A model generated the notes under the pieces. That model ran no database searches. It was not told where the DNA came from and saw only the letters and a list, made by a program, of their open reading frames with translations. Below, in pieces: positions 9,234 through 19,123 of a stretch of DNA of 64,000 nt. The stretch lies in IMG/VR virus record IMGVR_UViG_3300046656_000199, positions 4 through 64,003 of that record, one strand, 5' to 3'. The DNA is from a virus. Lineage: Duplodnaviria; Caudoviricetes. How positions within the stretch are numbered: the first letter of the stretch is position 1; each line of letters begins with the position of its first letter. The position numbers and the translations under genes are program-made.

Positions 9234-10001
9234 ATGATGACAAGATGGCGAGAACTGTCGGAAGTCGTGGGGTACGAAACGTGCGCCGGCTATCGCGTAT
9301 CCGACACCGGTCAGATGCAGACTCGTAAGGTGCGATCGAAGGGGAAAAATCCGCCAGGACAAAGAGGGGTACGGTGGGTGATCGGAAACATTTGGCTTCC
9401 ACTGAAGGTCACAAAAAACACGCTCACAGCCTATGGGCAGGTGCAACTGCTGGTGAACGACAAGCAAAGGACCGTTCTTGTTCATCACCTTGTGATGCTC
9501 GCGTTCGGCTCTCCGAAGCCGCATCCGAAAGCATGGGTGCTGCACCGCGACGACAACAAGGACAACAACGCCATCGGCAACCTGTATTGGGGTACGCCCA
9601 AACAGAACTGCGATGATCGCGCCCGCAACGGTCACCAGATCAATCTTCGCGGAGAGGATTGCCCCTATGCCAGATTGACCGAGGATCAGGTGCGAGAAAT
9701 CATGGCCAGTCCAGAGTCATACTCTGTGATCGAATCTCGGTTCGGAGTCAGCAACAGCATGGTGAGCTTCATCAAAAGCGGCAAGCGATGGGCGCATGTC
9801 CAAGGGGAAAAGTTGCGACGTAAACAAGGGCCGCCGGTGGGAACTCCTTCTGTGAGGCGATCTCTGACCGATGCGCAAGCCGCTGATGTCCGTCGTCGAG
9901 CGTTGGCGGGCGAGAGTCAGCGGTCACTAGCCACCGAGTTCGGCATTCCGCAACAATGCGTGTCGAAGATAAAGTGCGGCCTCATTTACTCCAACGCCTG
10001 A
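9234..10001 (+). CDS. HNH homing endonuclease with C-terminal HTH repeats
   Basis: YRVSDTG, VHHLVMLAF, VLHRDDNKDNNAIGNLYWGTPKQN; lower GC than flanks; upstream TTGACT-N16-TAAAAT. Confidence 0.85.
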   Translation: MMTRWRELSEVVGYETCAGYRVSDTGQMQTRKVRSKGKNPPGQRGVRWVIGNIWLPLKVTKNTLTAYGQVQLLVNDKQRTVLVHHLVMLAFGSPKPHPKAWVLHRDDNKDNNAIGNLYWGTPKQNCDDRARNGHQINLRGEDCPYARLTEDQVREIMASPESYSVIESRFGVSNSMVSFIKSGKRWAHVQGEKLRRKQGPPVGTPSVRRSLTDAQAADVRRRALAGESQRSLATEFGIPQQCVSKIKCGLIYSNA

Positions 10002-10008
10002 GCGAGAC

Positions 10009-12276
10009 ATGGCCGGCACCAACTCCCTGCTTCAGCGCATCTTCGGCCTGACGGACACCCACAACCGGCGTCCGCAGCGGTCGGATTTCATCGGACTCAA
10101 TCAGGAGTCCGAGCAGATGCGGAATCTGGTCGCCGTCTTCCCACTTTGGGAAGGCGGGGGCACCATCTTCGACGTCGGCCCCTACGGTTTCATCGGCAGG
10201 CCGACTAATACGTTGTGGGCCTACGATCCGTACTTCGGCATCGTGTCGCAGTGGGACGGGGGATTACCGAGCGGCGCCAATAACACACCGACGCTGGCCC
10301 GCAACTACAAGGTGACTGGCAACACGGGGTACGTCAGCGGGTTCCCCGACCCGCTCGATTTTGGGCGCATCAGCGGCGGCCTGAACCCCGCCAAACTAAC
10401 CTCCAAGTCCTTCAGCATCGCTGCATGGGTCAAGGTCACGATTCCACCGGGGCAGGTGGACAAGGCGAACAACCCGCCGAACATGTACATTGTGACGTTT
10501 GATTGCCTCGATGGGGCGAGTTTCCCCGGCTACGGATTCGGCTGCTCGATGCCAAACGCTCAGGACCGCATCATCGCGGAATGGGACGTGGACGGCAGCG
10601 GCTCTCAGGCCAGCATCTTCGGCCGCGTGCCGATCAACGACGGTAACTGGCATCACATCGTTGCCGTCTATGAGAGTCCCGACGTCGGCGGCGGCACAAT
10701 GGCTACCTACGTCGACGGGCAATTCGACATGGACCAGTCGGGCGGCTCGCCCTCGGGCACGCTGGTCACGCCAGTACCTTTCCTGCTCTCAGCGGGAGAC
10801 AACGCGCCTCAGGGCATTTTCTTCATTGGTTCGGACGACGACGGCAAGGGGTCACAGTTCAACGGCCTGCTGTGCGACCTGCGCCTCTACAATCGTGCCA
10901 TCACACTGCCCGAAGTGCTGGCCATGTTCGCGCCCGATACGCGCTGGCAGCTTTACAACCCGCGCCGCAGTTACACGGCGTTCCCGAAGCCACCGCCCCC
11001 GCCGATTACCGCTGCGGATTCGCCGCTGACCACGGACAGCGTGGACCGGGTCGCCTCGGCCGCGCGCACGACCGATGATTCGCCCGCCACGACGGACAGC
11101 GTGGTGCGAGCCATCACGTTCGTCCGCACGACCAGCGATGCGCCGCAGACCACTGATAGCGTCTCGGCGGTGCGCACCCTCATTCGCGTGCCGGTCGATT
11201 TCCCCTCGACATCGGAAACACTGGCCGTTGCATCGACGCTGGTCCGGGCCATTGCGGACAGTCCGGCGACGACCGACAGTGTCAACGCGGTCAAAGCTCA
11301 GCTACGTTCGGCCACGGATGCGCCGGCGACCACCGACGCCGCCACCCGCGTTCTGACGGTGACCCGTTCGCTGACCAGCGCTCCGGCGACCACGGACAGT
11401 ATCGTTCGCATCGCATCGCTGGTGCGGACGGCGAGCGATGCACCGGCGACGACCGATGTGGCGTCTCAGCTCGTCTTCGTGACTCGCGCCTTCGCCGATG
11501 CTTCCGCCACGACGGACAGCATCGCCATCGTCAGCACGTTGGTCCGCGCTGCCAGCGATTCACCGCAGACGACGGACGCCACCGTTCGTGTCGCAGCACT
11601 GGTGCGGACGACGTCGGATTCGCCGCAGACGACGGATAGCATTGTCCTCGTCAGTACGTTGGCGCGTACGGTGAGCGATTCGCCCCTGATGACGGACAGC
11701 GCTGCGCGGGTTGGCACATTTTTCCGTTCGATCTCGGACGCCCCGGCCACGACGGAAAGCGTGGTACGGTCCTTCGTCATCATCCGAACCACCACGGATT
11801 CCCCGGCCACAGCCGAGTCGATCGCCAGCACGTCCGCGAAAATCCGCACGGTATCCGACAGCCCGACCACGACGGACGCGGCGCCGCGCGTCTTGACACT
11901 GGTGCGCGTTCTCGTCGATTCTGTGTCCACCGTAGACGTGCCGGTACGCAACGCGCTGCTGGTACGATCGGCCACGGAAACGCCGACGACGACGGATAGT
12001 GTTGTGCGTGTGCAGTCAAACAGCCGGACGGCGCACGATACGCCGTCGAGCACGGACGCCCTCGCTCGCATTCTGGCCATGGCGCGCTCGATCAGCAGTG
12101 CGCCGACGACGACGGATGCGGCAGTGGCCACGATCATTCAGCCCGTGGCGTTCGAGGCGGGCGGTACGCCGTTCGGGAGTGTTGACCCCGGACGAGGCTT
12201 CACTCTGCGGGATCAGGGCCAGAGGTTCGAGGGTTTCGATCCTGGCCGATCGTGGAAGGGAGGGCCGTCACCATGA
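10009..12276 (+). CDS. LamG/concanavalin-like domain plus 19 x 20-aa Thr/Ser-rich repeats (putative fibre/appendage)
   Basis: FSIAAWVK, DGNWHHIVAVY, YVDG, FNGLLCDLRLYNRAIT are LamG motifs; followed by R-x3-D-x-P-x-TTDS repeats. Confidence 0.8.
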   Translation: MAGTNSLLQRIFGLTDTHNRRPQRSDFIGLNQESEQMRNLVAVFPLWEGGGTIFDVGPYGFIGRPTNTLWAYDPYFGIVSQWDGGLPSGANNTPTLARNYKVTGNTGYVSGFPDPLDFGRISGGLNPAKLTSKSFSIAAWVKVTIPPGQVDKANNPPNMYIVTFDCLDGASFPGYGFGCSMPNAQDRIIAEWDVDGSGSQASIFGRVPINDGNWHHIVAVYESPDVGGGTMATYVDGQFDMDQSGGSPSGTLVTPVPFLLSAGDNAPQGIFFIGSDDDGKGSQFNGLLCDLRLYNRAITLPEVLAMFAPDTRWQLYNPRRSYTAFPKPPPPPITAADSPLTTDSVDRVASAARTTDDSPATTDSVVRAITFVRTTSDAPQTTDSVSAVRTLIRVPVDFPSTSETLAVASTLVRAIADSPATTDSVNAVKAQLRSATDAPATTDAATRVLTVTRSLTSAPATTDSIVRIASLVRTASDAPATTDVASQLVFVTRAFADASATTDSIAIVSTLVRAASDSPQTTDATVRVAALVRTTSDSPQTTDSIVLVSTLARTVSDSPLMTDSAARVGTFFRSISDAPATTESVVRSFVIIRTTTDSPATAESIASTSAKIRTVSDSPTTTDAAPRVLTLVRVLVDSVSTVDVPVRNALLVRSATETPTTTDSVVRVQSNSRTAHDTPSSTDALARILAMARSISSAPTTTDAAVATIIQPVAFEAGGTPFGSVDPGRGFTLRDQGQRFEGFDPGRSWKGGPSP
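11005..12144 (+). repeat. 19 tandem 60-bp (20-aa) coding repeats
   Basis: Units such as RTTDDSPATTDSVVRAITFV and RTTSDSPQTTDSIVLVSTLA in strict 20-aa register. Confidence 0.85.
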
Positions 12277-12566
12277 GTACGTTGATTGCGACGGTCCGCA
12301 CCAAGCGCGTTGACTGGTCGCGCGTGTACAACTTTGACTTCTCGGCGTTCGGCGAATTCTCCGAGGACTCCGAGACGATCTCGACCGCCGAGGTTACTTC
12401 GTTGCCGTCGGGTCTGACGGTCGGATCAGCGACCATTGACAACCTGCTGGTGCAGGTCCGCATCTCCGGGGGCGTGGCCGGCGTGTCCTACACGCTCGAA
12501 TGCCAGATCACCACATCGAGCGGTTCCGTACTCAAGTTGCAGGGCATCCTCAACGTCGTGGCCTGA
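12273..12566 (+). CDS. Fibre/tail adaptor-like small protein
   Basis: YNFDFS...ETISTA...VRISGGVAGVSYTLECQITTSSG pattern; ATGA overlap with previous gene. Confidence 0.65.
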   Translation: MSTLIATVRTKRVDWSRVYNFDFSAFGEFSEDSETISTAEVTSLPSGLTVGSATIDNLLVQVRISGGVAGVSYTLECQITTSSGSVLKLQGILNVVA

Positions 12567-12610
12567 TGCCGGTTTGCTCCCGCCCCGCCGCGGTCGGCAT
12601 ACTGCCGCTC

Positions 12611-13045
12611 ATGCCGACAACCATGTTTACGACTGACGAGCAGGTCAAGCAGGATCTCGCCGACGCCCTCAAGGTCGACGTGGATGACCTCGTGTCGTCG
12701 TGGTCCAACAACGTCGGGCGCTGTCACGCGCTAGCCGCGGGCGAGGTCGCAACCATTCTGCTGGCCCGAGGCTACACATCAGATCAGATTGACGCCTGGG
12801 ATGACGGGGCGGCATGGGAGAGGCAGTTATCGCTGTGGTACTTGAGCAGCATGCCACAGGGGCAGAGTGTTTTCGATAAGGTGGCGATTGACGCCTACGA
12901 CGTGCGAAAGAAACTGGCGTGCATCACGCTGCGGGTCAGCGCCAAGCTCATCAAGCCCGACAGCACCGACGGCAACGTGTCATTCGGCGCGATAACGACA
13001 TCTGACTATGACGTCTTCGGCAACCCCGACGAAATCCGGTGGTGA
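12611..13045 (+). CDS. Putative head-tail adaptor
   Basis: Size, helical character and position before the virion morphogenesis gene; start could be 12566. Confidence 0.55.
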   Translation: MPTTMFTTDEQVKQDLADALKVDVDDLVSSWSNNVGRCHALAAGEVATILLARGYTSDQIDAWDDGAAWERQLSLWYLSSMPQGQSVFDKVAIDAYDVRKKLACITLRVSAKLIKPDSTDGNVSFGAITTSDYDVFGNPDEIRW

Positions 13046-13046
13046 T

Positions 13047-13517
13047 GTGGCCGACGAGACAATCACCCTCGACAATCTTCCCTCGTGGGCCGCGGCCAAA
13101 GCCCGTGCCCTCGCCGGCGCCTCGTTTGTGCCGCTCATCAAGATTTTCCGGCTGCTCATCATCGGCGACGTTCGCCAGGCGTTCGCGAAGGAAGCCGATC
13201 CCGTCACCGGCGCAGCGTGGGCACGCTTCGCCCCGTCCACGCTGAAGAAGAAGAAACGTGGTACGTCGCCGAAACTGCTCCGCGACACGGGCATCCTCGC
13301 CGCCAGCGTGTCCGCAGCCGGGGGCGCGGGCAACATCGACGAGGTGACGGCGACCAGCCTGCGTTTCGGCTCGGCCCTGCCGCGGGCGGCGTGGCATAAC
13401 GAGGGGACGCGCAGGATCCCGCAACGGCGGTTCATCGGCGTGGGGCCGTCTCTCGTCGCCAGGATGGAGCAAGCCACGGCGGAATTCGCCGCCGGGCTGA
13501 TCGGGGGCAAGCCGTGA
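13047..13517 (+). CDS. Phage virion morphogenesis protein (Mu gpG-like)
   Basis: DPVTGAAW...PSTL, LRDTGILAAS, FGS...AAWHNEG, IPQRRFIG. Confidence 0.85.
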   Translation: MADETITLDNLPSWAAAKARALAGASFVPLIKIFRLLIIGDVRQAFAKEADPVTGAAWARFAPSTLKKKKRGTSPKLLRDTGILAASVSAAGGAGNIDEVTATSLRFGSALPRAAWHNEGTRRIPQRRFIGVGPSLVARMEQATAEFAAGLIGGKP

Positions 13518-14209
13518 CGCTCGCACTGACCGTGACGGATAACGGTGACGGCACCGGCGCGCTGGCCAGCATCACGGGCAGCGCGGGCGCGTCGAACATC
13601 GTCTACGTCCAGTCGGCAAGCGGCAACTCGCTCTCTCCCGTAGGCAGTCGCACGGGGGACGGCAACGTCCCTCTCTCGCTCAACGATGGGCACTATCTCG
13701 CACTCGTGCAGGCCAACGGCGGTGTCTTCACCTCGCTCTACCCCTTCCTCGTCACCAACAACGCCGAGGCCGTTCATGAGCGCTGCGTGCTGGCGATCAA
13801 GGCGATCATTCAGACACTCGTTCTGCCGAACCTCGACCCGTCCCGCGTGGTGGACCAGATTCTCCCCACCGACGCCAACCTCATGTATCCCGCCGTGCTC
13901 ATCACCATCGAGGGCGAGGCTGAGGAAGAAGACCTGACGATGACGAGCACGGACGACATCCTCTACCCCGTGCGTGTGTGGATCTGTGACCGCTCCGACT
14001 CCATGTCCGTCGAGAAGCGATCCCGTTACCTGCTCTGGCGACAGCGCATCCACCGGGCACTGCGGCACCGGCGCCTTCTGCCCAGCGTCACGGAAGTGAT
14101 CGACGTGCGGACGCGCCTGATGCCCGTGGTCGATTTCAAGGTGCAGGAGTTTCAGGTGGTGACGATGGGGCTTGTCGTGCTGTGTCGATCGCGCGAGCCG
14201 CGCGGGTAG
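13514..14209 (+). CDS. Putative tail terminator
   Basis: YPAVLI motif; position just before tail tube. Confidence 0.55.
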   Translation: MTLALTVTDNGDGTGALASITGSAGASNIVYVQSASGNSLSPVGSRTGDGNVPLSLNDGHYLALVQANGGVFTSLYPFLVTNNAEAVHERCVLAIKAIIQTLVLPNLDPSRVVDQILPTDANLMYPAVLITIEGEAEEEDLTMTSTDDILYPVRVWICDRSDSMSVEKRSRYLLWRQRIHRALRHRRLLPSVTEVIDVRTRLMPVVDFKVQEFQVVTMGLVVLCRSREPRG

Positions 14210-14273
14210 CCGGTTTGCCTTCACTGCTCGTCTGCGGTCACACTGTCAGCGTCATCAATTGCGGGGGTGAAGC

Positions 14274-15185
14274 ATGTCGAGTGGCGTTTACGGGTGGGCA
14301 ACCAGACTGGCCGTTGCCGCGGCCGATCCTGCCATTGCCGGCGAACGGCTCAATTTCGACGAGGCCAACGTCGTTCTCGTCGAGGACATCTTCGACGGTA
14401 ACGGCATGCGCGGTACGCGCTCCTCGTCGAAGGAGAACACGCGGCCCGGCCTGCGCCACGTTTCTGGGCCGATTCGTCTCAAGCCCACGCCAGTCGAATG
14501 GGCGGTGCTTCTGCCGTGGATCTACGGTGGCACGCCGTCAGGAACTTCGTATCCTCTTGCCGACGCTCTCGGCGAAAAGTATGTGATGATCGGCAGGGAT
14601 GACGGCACCTCGGGCAAGGTCTACGTCTACAACGGCTGCAAGGTGGACAAGGCCACGATCCGTTCCACGCGCGGCGGTGCTGTGACGCTGGACCTCGAAG
14701 TCGTCGGCAAGGATGAGACGGTAAGCAACGCGGGTACGGCTGGATCGTTCCCCGCCCTGACGTTCGACGCCACCGCCGGACCGTTCATGTTCTTCGACGC
14801 CAGCGGCGCCATTACCGTCGCCAGCACTCCCCGCGAAGTCGAGTCGTTTGAGCTGGTCATCGACAACCATCTGGATCGGGAGCGATTCGAGAACAACATC
14901 ACGCTCTCGCAAGTCAACCCGATGGACCGGACCATCACCTGCAGTATGTCGCTGCCCTACGGTGCCGCCGAAGCCGTGTACAACTCAGGGTCGGCAGGCG
15001 TGGCAACCGTGGCGACCTTCACGAACGCGAGCGTCAGCCTTGCTCTCACGATGGCGGCCCTCGTGTTCGGTCGGCGTTCTCCGACGTGGCAGGGCAAAAA
15101 CGAGGTTATGCAGTCGATCCAGGGACGCGCCTACATGAGTTCCACGACGAAGGAGCTTACGACGGTTCTTGACAGCACGTTCTGA
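14274..15185 (+). CDS. Tail tube protein
   Basis: GTRS, VSGPI, YNGCKVDKATI, FELVIDNHL, RTITCSM pattern; precedes chaperone and tape measure genes. Confidence 0.8.
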   Translation: MSSGVYGWATRLAVAAADPAIAGERLNFDEANVVLVEDIFDGNGMRGTRSSSKENTRPGLRHVSGPIRLKPTPVEWAVLLPWIYGGTPSGTSYPLADALGEKYVMIGRDDGTSGKVYVYNGCKVDKATIRSTRGGAVTLDLEVVGKDETVSNAGTAGSFPALTFDATAGPFMFFDASGAITVASTPREVESFELVIDNHLDRERFENNITLSQVNPMDRTITCSMSLPYGAAEAVYNSGSAGVATVATFTNASVSLALTMAALVFGRRSPTWQGKNEVMQSIQGRAYMSSTTKELTTVLDSTF

Positions 15186-15219
15186 CATCCTCTCGCCCAT
15201 CTCCACGAGACAAAAGACA

Positions 15220-15555
15220 ATGGCCGAACCCATCGACGACGGGCAGACCTACGACGATAAGGTCGACGAACGACCCGGCTCGAAACGGCAGATCGGTTTC
15301 ACCTACCGCCCGCTCAGCACGCGACAGACGTACCGCTACAACCACAAGCGCGTCCGGGGTACGGCGGACGAGCAACTGGACGCTGACCTCGCCATGCTGG
15401 TGGAGCAGATCATCAGCTGGGACCGAGCCGGCACCGTCGTCAGCAAGGCCACGCTCGAAGCCCTGCATCCGCAGACGCTCTCCGGCATCCTTGCCTTCGT
15501 GTGCGGCTACGTCCCACGCAGCAAGGACAGCAGCGAGGACGCGGAAAAAAACTGA
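15220..15555 (+). CDS. Tail assembly chaperone (G-like)
   Basis: Follows tube gene; IISWD motif; ends GAA AAA AAC TGA. Confidence 0.8.
   Translation: MAEPIDDGQTYDDKVDERPGSKRQIGFTYRPLSTRQTYRYNHKRVRGTADEQLDADLAMLVEQIISWDRAGTVVSKATLEALHPQTLSGILAFVCGYVPRSKDSSEDAEKN
15546..15552 (+). other. Programmed -1 frameshift slippery site A AAA AAC
   Basis: In-frame X XXY YYZ heptamer before the stop; -1 frame open to 16004. Confidence 0.8.
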
Positions 15556-16004
15556 CGCTGGATCGGCTGCGCACGGCGGCGCGGGTGCTGATTCTGCATC
15601 CCGAGGTAGCCGACCGATCCTGTGCCGATTGCCAGCGCTTCCTCTACGATGACACGCCGGACCGCATGGGGCCGCGCTCGCTGCGTCGGGACAGCACAGG
15701 CAAGAAGACGCTTCCCATGTACCGCCCTCTCAACGCCGGCACGCCCTGTCACCAGTGCCCCAAGACGCCGACGAAGCAGCGTGCCGATGCCGTGGAGATC
15801 ACGCCGCGCGTCTGGTACGCTTACCAGCACTACCGCGAATGTCTGGCCGTCGGTAATTTTCCCGACGACGCTCTTGTGCGTGAGCAGGCGGCCGTCTTCC
15901 GCGACATCGAGGACGAACGCGACCGGCTGGACAGTGCGACGCTGGCGGCGAAGATTGACGGCCTGCTGATGTTGCTGCCGAGTCTGATGCTGAGAGGACG
16001 GTGA
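15552..16004 (+). CDS. Frameshift extension of tail chaperone (GT-like), with CADC/CHQC
   Basis: -1 frame relative to 15220-15555; no good independent start. Confidence 0.7.
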   Translation: MTLDRLRTAARVLILHPEVADRSCADCQRFLYDDTPDRMGPRSLRRDSTGKKTLPMYRPLNAGTPCHQCPKTPTKQRADAVEITPRVWYAYQHYRECLAVGNFPDDALVREQAAVFRDIEDERDRLDSATLAAKIDGLLMLLPSLMLRGR

Positions 16005-16007
16005 GCC

Positions 16008-17846
16008 GTGGCCACGACAATTTCCGTGGATGTACAGTTCAACGCCAACAACCTCGCGGCAGCTGCTCAGGCAGCGCAGGCTGCGGTCGCACGGGCAGCG
16101 GCGCCGCCGACCATGCCGAGGCCGCTACCGCCCGGTCCGCCGTCGCTGCCCTTCGTTCCGCCGACCATGCCACGGGCGCCGTCGACCATGCTGGCGGGCA
16201 TCGCGGGGATTCCGACAACGCTGATAGCGCCACGACCACCGATTCCGCCGGGTGGGACGGTGCCGGGGACGCAGCCGGGGCCGGGCGGCGGCGGTCCTGT
16301 GTCCGCACTCGACGAGTTTACCAAGCGCATCAACAATGCCTCGCTCTCGCTCCAGCAGTTCGCGGAGAAGATGCGGGGCGGGGCGGGTGGCACAGGGACG
16401 GGCGGGACGCCACGATTCGGGGGGAAGGAACCGCCGGAAAAGGCTGACGCCTTCGGTGGCATCAAGGCGGCGCTGGCGGCGATCGGTCCGGTTTACGCAG
16501 TTATGCGCGGCCTTCAGTCTGGCGCAGAGTTTGGGGCCAACGCCCTGAACATCCAGCAGAACGCCAGTCTCTCCAACTTCCAGAAGGAACGGGCCACGGC
16601 GGAAGCGCTACCCATCGTCGGCGGGCTGTCGCGCTCACTGCACAACCTCGAAGACGCCATCAACGGCACGACCGAGGCCATCCGCAAGAACCGCGAACAG
16701 ATGGAGCGCGACACGGCCTACGCGACTGCGGCCATGCAATCAGGTCGGGCGATTCAGGGACAGCGCTTCCAGCAGTTCGAGGCGCAGGCCCGCGACGAGG
16801 CCAACCGCGCCATTCCCTTCACGCGACCCCGCTACAAGGGTGACATTCTCGACGAGCGGGCCATTCGGCAATTCGAGCGTGAGGCGCCGCTGGCGCTGGC
16901 GGACACGCAGGCCAAACGCGGAGTTGAGACGCAGAAGAACCTGATCGGCAAGCTCGATAGCGAACTGGTGACGCGGCAGGAGGAACTTGGCATCCGGCAG
17001 CGCGACGCGGCACGCCTCGCCTCGCAACGCCGGGCCATCGACCGCGAAGGCAAGAAAACCAGCGAGCCGGGATTCTTCGATGCCGTCGCCGGGTTCCATC
17101 AACACGCCCTCAATCCGATCAACAAGTTCATCGCCAATCGGATTGAGGGCGCCGCGACCGCTGGCGGCGTGCCCCTGCCGGGCGAGGATCGCCGCAAGGA
17201 AGCCGTCGCTGTCGTTCGCAAGGAGAATGAGGCGATCCTGGGCGTTGAACGCAACATCGCTGCGGTGCAGGCGATTCAGGAGCAGAAGAAGCAGGCGCTC
17301 GTCAATCTCGCCAGGGCCGAAGCGGAGCAGGCCAAGGCCGCACTCGAACACGACAAGGCACGCCTCGCTGGAATGCAGGAGATCGAGGGACGGTTCCGCG
17401 GTCAGGCAGCCGCGGCCGGCGGCATGAACGCGGCGGAAAAAGCGCTCGCCCTGCAAGCCTTGCGACAAGCCAAGGAAAAGGGCTTTGAATCGCTCCAGCC
17501 TGTTCAGCAGCAATGGGCGGACCGGGTGGCGCACGATTGGGTGGAACAGCAACGCATCCGCAAGGGCGAGGCCGATCCCTTCACTCGCGAAGTGCGGGAG
17601 TTGACCGGCGAGCGCAAGGAGGACATTGCCAAGGGACTGGCCGGAGTACGGCAGGAGCGGATGGAAGTTCAGGCTCGCGTTGACGTGCAACTGAACCTCA
17701 ACCAGCAGGATCTCGACGCCAAGGTCGCCAAGGCCATCGACAGAATCGGCGATTTGATTATCGACGCCATCAAGAAGAACGAAGCGGTCCAGCGGCAGAA
17801 ATTTGACCTGAGCATCTTCCTGCGGCATATTCTCGGCGGACAGTAG
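16008..17846 (+). CDS. Tape measure protein
   Basis: Long helical Ala/Gln/Glu-rich ORF after chaperones; Pro-rich N-terminal insert. Confidence 0.75.
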   Translation: MATTISVDVQFNANNLAAAAQAAQAAVARAAAPPTMPRPLPPGPPSLPFVPPTMPRAPSTMLAGIAGIPTTLIAPRPPIPPGGTVPGTQPGPGGGGPVSALDEFTKRINNASLSLQQFAEKMRGGAGGTGTGGTPRFGGKEPPEKADAFGGIKAALAAIGPVYAVMRGLQSGAEFGANALNIQQNASLSNFQKERATAEALPIVGGLSRSLHNLEDAINGTTEAIRKNREQMERDTAYATAAMQSGRAIQGQRFQQFEAQARDEANRAIPFTRPRYKGDILDERAIRQFEREAPLALADTQAKRGVETQKNLIGKLDSELVTRQEELGIRQRDAARLASQRRAIDREGKKTSEPGFFDAVAGFHQHALNPINKFIANRIEGAATAGGVPLPGEDRRKEAVAVVRKENEAILGVERNIAAVQAIQEQKKQALVNLARAEAEQAKAALEHDKARLAGMQEIEGRFRGQAAAAGGMNAAEKALALQALRQAKEKGFESLQPVQQQWADRVAHDWVEQQRIRKGEADPFTREVRELTGERKEDIAKGLAGVRQERMEVQARVDVQLNLNQQDLDAKVAKAIDRIGDLIIDAIKKNEAVQRQKFDLSIFLRHILGGQ

Positions 17847-17848
17847 CG

Positions 17849-18265
17849 CTAGAGTTCGTGGTTCACGACCATGTACATCAGCAGGACGATGTTGACAATC
17901 AGGCCGATAAAGGAGACGGTGAAGCCGAGTATGGCAATGCCTTTGCTGCGACAAAGCACCATGCCGACGACGCCGAGAACCAGCCCGGCGAGGCAAAAAA
18001 AGAACGGGAAGAAGATCACGCCGATGGCACCGAGGACTAGCGACAAAATCGAGCAGATCAACCCGCCTGGCGATTCGTCGCGCCGCCGATGCGACGGTAC
18101 GAGGTCGTTGTTGGGAGACTGGTCGAAGTCGAAGGGATCTTGGCGCGGGGACGGAACCTCGATGGGATGCCCGCAACCCGGACACGATCCCTTCGACCCT
18201 GCCCGGTTCGCGCTGGTGGTGAACGGCTGCCGACAGTTGGGACATGAAAAGCGAATGATGGACAC
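17849..18265 (-). CDS. Zinc-ribbon membrane protein (moron-like)
   Basis: GGAG + GTG; CPNC...CPGC then 2-3 hydrophobic helices; opposite strand in the gap after tape measure. Confidence 0.75.
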   Translation of the reverse strand: MSIIRFSCPNCRQPFTTSANRAGSKGSCPGCGHPIEVPSPRQDPFDFDQSPNNDLVPSHRRRDESPGGLICSILSLVLGAIGVIFFPFFFCLAGLVLGVVGMVLCRSKGIAILGFTVSFIGLIVNIVLLMYMVVNHEL

Positions 18266-18391
18266 GGCGAATCTCCAGTGATGTGAAGCCGTCGCCGATT
18301 CTCGCACGCCCCGGACCGCACCGCAAGCGCTAACCATTTTGCCTCCGTCCTCCCCGACCGCTTACCCTGAGCGGCTCGGAGGGCGCTACCG

Positions 18392-19120
18392 TTGCAGCTG
18401 GGCTTCGGCAATTTCCTGTGGGTCGCCAACGCGACCGAGGTAACGACGCACCGCGACCTCGTGTACAACCACGGCGGTCAGGTGATCGCGCAGCGCGTGG
18501 CGTGGAACTTCGGCGGTTACGTCTACGGAGATGGTCAGGCCGCCGTCTCGCTCCAGATGGAGTTAGTCGAAGCCGCCCTCATTCAGCCGTTCAAGGATCT
18601 GGTTCTCTTCACGGACACCGGCTCGCCGTCCGCGACGCTGCTGCTCAACCGTGGCAGTACAACGGGCGTCCGCATCACCAGCGGGCCGAATTGGGACCAC
18701 ACGAAGGGCGCGGCCTACGCCCTGGAGCAGCACTTCACGGCCACGGCGGAAGCCGAGTATCCACTGCCGCAGGCGCTACGGATGCTAATGGACTTTCAGG
18801 AGTCGATCAGTTTCAGCGGGGGTGGGCCGGTTCGCATTGCCCGGCGCGCCATCAACGGACCGCCGCAGATTCAGACCACCTTCCGGCAGACGGAATATCT
18901 GGCCACGCAGAGCGGCGTGATGGTCGGCTACCTGTCGCAGCCCAACCCGCTGACCATTGCGCCGCCGAAGTTCCCGGCGTTCCTGGTCGAGACGCCGACC
19001 ATCACGCCGCACGCTCCGCGGCGGATGGGGTTGAAGTATCAGGACTACCGCGTCGAATACTCGTACAAGTTCGTCTCGACATCGCCGTTGATTGCGGTGC
19101 CGACGTTGTGGGTGAGGTGA
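18392..19120 (+). CDS. Putative distal tail protein
   Basis: GGAGG + TTG; position after tape measure. Confidence 0.6.
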   Translation: MQLGFGNFLWVANATEVTTHRDLVYNHGGQVIAQRVAWNFGGYVYGDGQAAVSLQMELVEAALIQPFKDLVLFTDTGSPSATLLLNRGSTTGVRITSGPNWDHTKGAAYALEQHFTATAEAEYPLPQALRMLMDFQESISFSGGGPVRIARRAINGPPQIQTTFRQTEYLATQSGVMVGYLSQPNPLTIAPPKFPAFLVETPTITPHAPRRMGLKYQDYRVEYSYKFVSTSPLIAVPTLWVR

Positions 19121-19123
19121 CGC

